A stretch of DNA of 64,000 bases from the human T2T-CHM13v2.0 reference genome, Homo sapiens. Made by a program: the position numbers and the translations under genes. The notes beneath the pieces were generated by a model. It searched no databases and was not told the origin of the DNA. It was given only the letters and a program-made list of their open reading frames with translations. The stretch is from the NCBI RefSeq assembly GCF_009914755.1, contig NC_060927.1; one strand, 5' to 3'. Shown piece by piece: positions 1 through 8,326 of this stretch. Positions within the stretch are counted from its first letter, which is position 1. Each line of letters opens with the position of its first letter.

Positions 1-477
1 GACTTTTTTTTCCTGTTTTTCATCAATCTATTCTCACTACATTTACTACATGTTAAAAGACACTCGACATAAGTTAAAACACAATGTCTAAAAGCCTCTG
101 ACCACTGCCCCAATTTTTACTTAACAAGGCATGCCAGCGGGCCCCAGAGCCTTGCCAGCACGGTCCCCACCTCATGTTCTGGGCCCTGATCTCATGTTGC
201 CGCCACATGGTGTCATGCGTTGTAGCACATTTCCTGCTGTGCTCCCAAAGCATTCACTTAGGAAATCCACTTTGTGCTCCATGTTGAGATTACAGTATGT
301 ACAAAGACAGACACTGTCTTGACTTTTTGACCTTTACTGTCAAAGGACATGCATGAACAGTAACAAAACAATCAAGGCTGGTACGGCTGGAATGTGAGGG
401 GAATGTGACTGTTGAGGGGCAGGCAGGGGCCATGTGAAGGATGGGATTTCTTTCCTCCTAAGGGCAACAGGAAATCA

Positions 478-792
<315 letters not shown>

Positions 793-799
793 GTGTGGG

Positions 800-1550
800 G
801 AATAGACAGGGGTCCCCCCAGGAAGGCCAGTGCCAAGGCAGGGAGCTCTAGTCCAGGAGAGAGACATGAGGGCCTGCAGTGGGGTGAGACGTGAAGAGAC
901 TCAGATGGATTCCAGAAGAAGCAGGAGGCACAAATCAAGAGTTCGGGGAAAGACGGACAGGACACCAGGGAGAAAGTCACGAGCAACCCCAGGTCCTGGT
1001 TTAAATAGGTCAATGGTGATGTCATTCACCAGGACAGGGAACAGAGGAGAGGACCGGGTTTCCGCTGCATGGGGCTATACGGTGAAGAACATGGTCATGG
1101 AGGGCTTGCAGGGCTGGGCTGTCAGAAACACCAAGGGGACATGGGTGCCCAGAGTAGAGGTCTGGGCTGGAGATGACATGTGGAAGCCAGGGGCATGGAG
1201 AAGGTGGACTGAAACCGTGGGCTTGTGTGAGGGTGCCTCAGGAGAGGGGAAAGGGAGGAAGAGGGCTTGGACTTGACCTAAGCCACACACGAGCTCCGTG
1301 GAGGAGGACTGGCCTGCACAGGAGACTGAAGGAGTCTCCAGAGAGCAGAAAGGGCACATGGCCCAGAGGTGCCCGGGAACCAGCATTTCAAGGAGGCAGG
1401 CACGAACAGTCACAGCTGCCGAGGGGTCAGGGAAGCTAAACATGTTCCTGGGATTCGGTGGCACAGAAGTCACATGCAGCCAGGGAGGAGGAAGAACCAT
1501 GATCTCAAGGTCTGAGTCAGGTGTCTCCCAGCCAGACTTAAGTGTTAAGG
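800..1550 (-). mobile_element. L2 LINE fragment(s)
   Basis: Purine-rich degenerate L2-like motifs (gaggtctgggctggagat, ggagactgaaggag); bounds approximate. Confidence 0.55.
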
Positions 1551-2562
1551 GAAGTGGGGGGGATGAGCAAACCGGTTTCCATACGTTTTTTAATTATGTC
1601 AGTGATCGGTATTCTCAAAGACCAGCTGCTGCTGGTGGTGTGACCTGAACCCCTGCCTCTTCCAGCCATCCATTCATTTTCAGATAGATGCATGCCGACA
1701 AGCCCAGTCCTGGGGCTGTCACTGGACACACACAGGCGGATCATGCAGCTCACAATCTCAGGGCAGGGGGAGACAAACACAATCCCCAGAAGATCACCGC
1801 CTCGGAGCCCTGGCCTAGCTCACCTACCTCCAGCAGCTCCTGGGCTGTAGATCTGCGTAGTAAAAATCAAACCCTGAGGCAGAACCGGGTATTTCAGGGA
1901 ATTTTTGTACCCAGCTTCTCTTGAAGGGCCCCTGAATAGTCTGTAAAAGGGATGGACGCCCAGTTGCAGAAACAGGCATTGTGCAAGGCACTTGTGTGTG
2001 TGCACTGAAATGGCTGGTTTCCTGGTTTCAGTCTAGATGAGCCAGTAGTGGCTATGAATGAGACTGGAAGAGGGGGCCCCTGTGAGAACATCTTTCAATC
2101 AGAATGTGCTGTACGGAGGGAGGGCCAGAGTTCATTTTGGTCACCAAAATTAACTTTTTTTTGTTTGGTTTTCCACTAGTTAGATCTGCCAGTTCCTTTT
2201 ATCCCATGCACTGAAAGTTTAAAGTGGTGTTCTCAGGAATTATGTTTGGCCAGGAAAGGAGAAATCGCAGAAGCCAATTACATCCTCACAGGCCCCTTCC
2301 TTCCAGGAGAATGACTTTACCATCTTGGCTTTTGTACATGATATGAGCCAACATGGAAACGCAGGCTGCTCTGAACTCCTGTCATCATCCATCTTTACTG
2401 GGGACTGGGCCACTGGGTATTTTTTTCCCTAAGTCATAATCAGTGTACCTCAACGCTTAATAGAATTCATCCCCTCTAACTCCATGAAAGGACCATCACT
2501 TGTTGAAAGTTGCTAGAAATTATAAATACCTTTGAAACCTTCTATTGGTTGTGATGTGTCCC

Positions 2563-2568
2563 TTTATT
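2563..2568 (-). terminator. Distal poly(A) signal AATAAA
   Basis: tttatt on +; GU/U-rich sequence downstream (tataaatacc on +). Confidence 0.7.
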
Positions 2569-2735
2569 TTAAATTTTGTATCAGTGTCCTCAGTCAGTCC
2601 AATGTCTTCAAGGAAAGTGAGTGCCCAGAGTCACAACAAGTAATGGGGAAACTCATCAGCTGGAGATCTGGGTCTGGCCAACAGGGCAACTTCTGGACTT
2701 TTCAGAAAAAGTGAGAATCCGAGAGTTTCAAAGGA

Positions 2736-2741
2736 TTTATT
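2736..2741 (-). terminator. Middle poly(A) signal AATAAA
   Basis: tttatt on +; U-rich element downstream (gaaaaag on + near 2705-2711). Confidence 0.65.
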
Positions 2742-3397
2742 TGATTTCCCCACATGATCACAACCATGGTTTTACATTGATAGAGTCTGTTGCCACTGAC
2801 AAACAGAATGCAGATGAAAACAAACGCACTCCTTTCCTCTCAAAGGTACACAGTGGGGGTGCCAGGCTTCTTGTGAGGGAGGTGTCCCTTGAAGTCTCTG
2901 AACAGTCTGGGGATTCAGGACCTGATTCTAATTGCTTAAAACAACTCGGAGGCAAAAGATATTTTCCAAGAGGAGATGCATGCTGTGTGCAGTCTCGATG
3001 TGACTGCACACAGAAGGGCGATGCAGATGCATCTGAATGGAGGGCAGGCCTCCTCCCTCTTGTCCTGTGCTCAGCACCCCCACCTCACCCTGCTCAGTGT
3101 TGCAATGCTGCCTTGACTATTGTTGTTACATAAAATACAAATGTACTCGTTTCTCAGGCAGGAAGGGTGATGATATTTTACAAGGAGAACTGTAAGACTG
3201 TGCGTGCTTACCTGCGGGCACAGAGCTTCCCGTGGCGCTGAGTCAACACCCAGCATCAGCTGTGAACATCTGCTGTCTTTTCAGCTCATTAAGAAAAACA
3301 AGAGGCTCCTGCTGCATGCAGTGTGTGAGGGAAAGATCACTGCACTGGGTGCTGAAGACATTTTTAAGCAAGATGTGCACAGCATATTAGGATGAAC

Positions 3398-3403
3398 TTT
3401 ATT
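3398..3403 (-). terminator. Proximal poly(A) signal AATAAA
   Basis: tttatt on +, with several UGUA motifs (taca on +) just upstream in transcript sense. Confidence 0.7.
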
Positions 3404-4893
3404 TTTACATTGTTGTACAATTCATTGGTAAACTTAAAAAAATACAAATACATGATTTGATTGTTGTCCCAGAAAAGACTTTTGTCACATTGCCAGCTGT
3501 TTCCCTCAGCGTCTCCTGCTCCTGTCAGCAATTCTGTATGTAACTGCAATAATTTGTGTGACTTGAGAAAGGTGTGCCAAGGGCGTCCTCACAGTGAGAA
3601 GGGACCAGGCAGACATCCTGGGGCCCTCGGCCTCCTCCTGCCTCCCCTCCCAGGGGATGTGATGACAGGACCCCGAAGCTGTGGCTCTGACAGGTGGGAT
3701 CTCTAAAGGGGACAGTCCCATGAAAGACACACGGGGACACCAGCTCACTGGGAGCTTTTGCTTTCCCAAACAAGATGTGGGCAGCATGACTCCAGCCTCT
3801 GGAACCCAACAATGTATCTTCCACAAACTTTTGATAAGCTTGCAAATAAAACAGAATGAAACCTCACTAGCCTGAAGGAACACACTGAGTGCGGCGGGAA
3901 ACCCCGGGAAGGGCTCAGTGGGTTCCAGCAGTTCCTTACGCGAGGCCCTGCTGCCCAGCACAGCTCCAGGACACACCGAGGACAGTGCCACAGGCTGGCA
4001 GCCCGAGGCTGTGGAGCTTGCAGGATGGCGATGGAGAGGGAGAGTTTCCTGAAAGCCCCTCCTGGGGTTTTCTGTCTGTTCCTATTCATTACTGCTACCC
4101 TTCAGAAAGAGCAATTCTGTGCCAAACGGCCTGAATCTTTTCTGGAACAACCTAAAGGTTACAGTTAGACTCTCCTCCCAGCACAGAAGAGGGTGAGAAA
4201 AGCTGACATACTCAATATGTAATCGCTTTACTTCAACGATGTGTTTACAGTCACGCCAATACATTTTGCAAACGCACAACACGCAGAGCGCAGCCTCACA
4301 GCTGACGCCAGATGACATGCAGCAGTTTAACGCTTCCAGGTCGGAACAACCTCCTCAAAATTGCGAGACAAAGAGTGCTTTGGGGAGCCTGGCTTTTAAA
4401 AAAGACCCGAGAATTGATGAGTCGGAGACACCAGGGCGCTTCCCTGACAGCCCAGCCTGGACCCAATCACACGGTCCCATGCTGTTTCTTTCTGAGCAGA
4501 CACCAAAGAAATGCCACGCCAATGGGAGGACACAGGTGGGCGGGTTAAAGTCACATTTTTAAAAAGGCTAAACTCTAGATTGCTGTATTTGCTCTCTCTG
4601 GAGATTAACAAAGTGCTTGGTTTGCAGATTTGCTGGTACGGTGATCTCAATGATATGACCGAGGGTGGGAGGGATGTGAGGAGGGAAATCGGCAAAACCC
4701 TGGCCAGCCAGCCAGCCAAGGTGACACACAGCCAGAGGGGGCTCCCCTCTCCTCCTGCCGTCCGGCCACGGCTCACCACGCTGTCCACTGGGAACGCGGC
4801 CCCGCGGCCCGCAGAGTCAGGCGTGAGCTTCGCCCTTTCTGAAAGGGCCTCCGCCTGGGCAGGCGCCGGGGGGCAGTCCTCGGGTCCCATGGC

Positions 4894-4938
4894 TTAGGAG
4901 CACAGCACTGACGGCTGCAGTGGCTCGAAAGGCTGAAA
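4894..4938 (-). CDS. IQSEC1: IQSEC1 short terminal exon coding part (FQPFEPLQPSVLCS*)
   Basis: tactttgtag|TTT CAG CCT ... TCC TAA; peptide recalled as the C-terminus of the 963-aa isoform. Confidence 0.92.
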   Translation of the reverse strand, partial: FQPFEPLQPSVLCS

Positions 4939-5956
4939 CTACAAAGTATGGCCCGTGGGTGACTCGGGCACAGACCTGCCGCGTGCAGGTCTGGCCCTGG
5001 GGAGCGCATGGTGTCACCACAACACAGAAGCGACAAGAGCACAGCTGAGAGTCATGTGATGCCCTGGCAGCTCACTGGACCATGGGAAGGCAGCGGGGGC
5101 TCCGCCGGGCACTCGTCGGCTGGGGTCACACGGGCCACGGTGAGGACACAGGGGTTCTGCTAGCACATGGCTACATGGAATTACGGTGATCACTGCTACC
5201 ACTCAGAAAACAAAACGGGAAACACACACACCGCCCTGGGTTGCTAAACGCTAAAGTCAACCTTCAGGTTCGAGAGTGGTTCCTGATGAAAACACTCTCT
5301 GAGGGCTTCGGCCTGGTGTGGGTTGGAGGCGGGATGAGGACGTTATGGTGTTGGGGAGACGAGGATGAGAGCTGGTCACTTTCATGTTGGAGATGAACAC
5401 TTCTGCCGTGTATGGGTGCCCCTCTCGGAGGACTCTGAATGAGTGTGCGTCAAATCATATGCGCATAAAAGAAACATGGATCATGGAGAGTCACAGTTAT
5501 CGCAGCCATTAAAGTGTCTAAGAATCCGTGTAACCAATGTCCTAAGACAACCAGCTTGTAACCAGCTGTCCTGAGTTGCTACTGTAGAGTGTACTGCAGT
5601 TTAGCTATTTGCTTACCTGAAATAACAGCATTATAATACTATTTATGATAGTATTCTGTTAATAAAATAAGGATTTATACAAAGCAATACTGGACTTTTT
5701 AAACAGTTAGATGCTATGTTACTTGGCACAGTTAGTAATGATTGTGTAAAGATTTTAGCCAGTCCTAGAGGGACTTCTTTGTATGAAAATATGAAGTATC
5801 TGAATTTGTTCCTAGCATTTAGGGTTTGGTCTATTGTCTCACACACCCAGCTAAGGTACTGTCTTCCTATTAGGTAAGTGGAGCTCCTTGTAAGGTGGGT
5901 ATTGCTAATGTGGACTGAAACGCCTGCCTTTCACACACAAGTACTACCTATACAGT

Positions 5957-5995
5957 ATATATATATATATATTTATATATTTATATATTTATATA
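5957..5995. repeat. (TA)n / (TTATATAT)n microsatellite in the 3'UTR
   Basis: atatatatatatatatttatatatttatatatttatata. Confidence 0.9.
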
Positions 5996-6486
5996 AAGTT
6001 TACTTACGTATTTTCATCAACCATATCAGGTCTACTTATTTTTTTGCCCATTGTCAATAAAAGAGCAATAATGCAGCAAGTTTTGGGGTTTGTTTTGTCT
6101 GTTTTTGTATCTCATTTCTTCGTTTTCTAGGTTGGGTTTTCATATGCATGTACATTAGGGCACAGGGAGCTGAGAGCTGGAGTGGGGGAGGCAGTTCAAC
6201 ACTACTTGGCTGGCTCACCGTTTCAAGGCTGATGGTGTCTGAGGCCCACCCATCCCTCAGACTGAGGTGAGCAGAGCCCAGGGTGCCAACAAGAAATGAA
6301 ATCTGGGCCTTTGTTCCACACAACACCAGCCCTGTGGGCTCCTGGGGCTCCGGTTGGGCCGTGAGGGGCAGAGGGGAGAGATGGCAACAGAAGTGCCCCG
6401 GGTTTGGTGTGCGGCTGGCGACCCCCGGGCGTGCCCTGTGTGGTGTGCAGGTGTTTCAGGGAGCCTGGGACCCCTACCCAGGCTGT

Positions 6487-7026
6487 CTACACAATTGTGC
6501 TGATGCCGCTGGGTTTGGCCTTGCTGCTGGTGGGGGGCGGCGGGGCAGGGGGCTGCCCATGGTGGTGCACTGTGTGCCCCACGTGGGCCGAGGGCAGCGG
6601 CGGGTGGCCGTGGGCATGGGCCCCGTAGGCTGGGTGGCCCCCATGGGGGCCGTGGTGGTACTGGTGTGCGTGCTGGATGTGCTGGGGTGGGTGGTGGTGG
6701 TGGTGATGGTGGTACGGGGGAGGGTTCTGCATGTGGCAGTACTGGGTGTGATGCCCGTGCATGGCGGCCTGCGGCAGCCCCTCTGGGGGCCCCAGGTGGT
6801 GGCCAGCCACAGAGTGCTGCAAGTGAGGCAGGACCACCGGTGGGTGGGGGGGTGGCAGGGCTGGGGCTGAGGGCAGGTGGGCCTGGGGAGGGGGCTTCCC
6901 TCTCTTGCTCCCGAATAAGGAGCCCAGGAGGGAAGATGAGTTGGGCATAGTCTGGTGTGGGCGAGATGGACACTCTCGTGTTGATGTAGCTCTCCGGCGC
7001 ATGTGAGGACTGCTAATGATGGACCC
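6487..7026 (-). CDS. IQSEC1: IQSEC1 long terminal exon coding part (GSIISSPH...His/Pro-rich...SGISTIV*, class I PDZ ligand)
   Basis: cctttttag|GGG TCC ATC; TAG at 6487-6489; ORF 6487..7002 plus 8 upstream codons. Confidence 0.93.
   Translation of the reverse strand, partial: GSIISSPHMRRRATSTRECPSRPHQTMPNSSSLLGSLFGSKRGKPPPQAHLPSAPALPPPHPPVVLPHLQHSVAGHHLGPPEGLPQAAMHGHHTQYCHMQNPPPYHHHHHHHPPQHIQHAHQYHHGPHGGHPAYGAHAHGHPPLPSAHVGHTVHHHGQPPAPPPPTSSKAKPSGISTIV
6688..6713 (-). repeat. Coding (CAC)n poly-His repeat
   Basis: gtggtggtggtggtgatggtggta on + encodes YHHHHHHH. Confidence 0.85.
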
Positions 7027-8147
7027 CTAAAAAGGAAATTCATAGAAATCAAAATTAAAAGATCTTCAAGCACTTAGGTCAGAATGATTTTTTTTTTTCA
7101 AATGTAAAAATTCACCCACTGACTGCTAAGCTTTAGTTCAACTCACTGGCCAGAGGGTGGGGCTCAGTGAGGCTGGACTGGGCCCCGCCTCCTCTCACTA
7201 CAGTGCAGGGCAGCTGGGGGTTACTGGCCTTGACCAAAGTGGGGAGTGAGGGCAGGGGAGGGGCCCATCTCTCTGACCACCACGGCAGAAGTAGGACTTC
7301 TGGTCTCATTCTGACAAGCACTTTGGCCCTGGCAGCAGCCTGAGGTTTCAAATTGGAACCCCTAGGTTGGGGTGTCTGTGCGCTGTGTGTGGCGAGTGCA
7401 GAGGGGCTGATGTGCCTGGAGGAGGAGCCCTGCTCCTGCTGAAAACAGGGCCCTCAGCTCTCCTGGGACTGCTCAACTGGGCTGAGGGCATGTGCTCCGC
7501 CCATGTGGGTCCTGAGGTCTCGGGGGAGGTGGTGACAGGGACAGGTGGGGCTCAGAAACCTTGTCCTCTGGGAGAATGGGCTGCCTAGGCATTTCACTAC
7601 AGCTGCCTACTACAAACCAAACAAGGAAAAAGAAGGTAACAGAAAAAGATCTGCAAGCTGAGGTAGAGATGTGAACAGTAATACAGAGATGGCCGGAGGA
7701 TGAGTGAAATATCATGAAATCCACACTGAATCTCTTTCTCTCAAGACACTCCTCCTCCCACAAGCTAAGCAATTCCATGGTGTCCTGCCGCAGACACACA
7801 GCAATCAAACTCCAAGAAGAAAGCGATGAGGATGGGCGGGCGTGGAAGTCAAGGGTTCAGCAAAAACATCCAACAGCAAGTGTGGAGGGTGAGTGGGAGC
7901 CGGGTGGCCCGGGCGGGGGTGCCGGAAGCTGGGGATGGTCAACCATGCTCAGGGACCACAGGTGATGGGGTTAAGCAGAAACCAAAACACAAAATCCAGA
8001 ACCACCCCCACTGTTGAGTCCAAAACAAGCGGTGAGAGGCATGGATATTTCTAGGCACAGAGGAGAAGCTGACATGCACAGGGTTCCAGGCAGGCAGGGG
8101 CAGGGAGTGGGTGTCTGCATCTCTGTGCAGTAGGGGAAGGAAAAGCC

Positions 8148-8198
8148 AAAAAAAAAAACAACAAAAAAAAACCAAAAAAAAAAAAAAAAAAAAAAAAA
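8148..8198. repeat. Interrupted poly(A) tract (poly-U in the pre-mRNA), no adjacent Alu body
   Basis: About 50 nt of A with a few C interruptions. Confidence 0.9.
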
Positions 8199-8276
8199 CC
8201 AGGACAACAGATATGAACTGAGGACTGGGGAAGGCGACACAGGACAGCCAGCTGGACAGAGGCGCTTCCTACTTAC

Positions 8277-8326
8277 TTCCACATTGCTCTCTAGCGATCC
8301 CGCACTGCTGCGACGCCCTCGCTTCC
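8277..8326 (-). CDS. IQSEC1: IQSEC1 exon E13 (50 nt; GKRGRRSSAGSLESNVE)
   Basis: gggcag|GG AAG CGA ... GTG GAA|gtaagt; phase 1 to 0; branch-point-like tctaac ~27 nt upstream. Confidence 0.93.

Larger units (their letters stand above)
2545..6486 (-). other. IQSEC1: IQSEC1 3'UTR (4939-6486 only in the long-tail isoform)
   Basis: Repeat-poor sequence with AU-rich blocks between the stop codons and the poly(A) signals. Confidence 0.85.

Noticed and set aside
5661-6061. + strand AATAAA at 5661 and 6056 suggesting an antisense gene end
   Set aside because: Better explained as U-rich elements of the IQSEC1 UTR; no + strand exon structure found
6283-6950. + strand Val/Gly-rich ORFs resembling a membrane protein
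   Set aside because: Reverse complement of His/Pro codons
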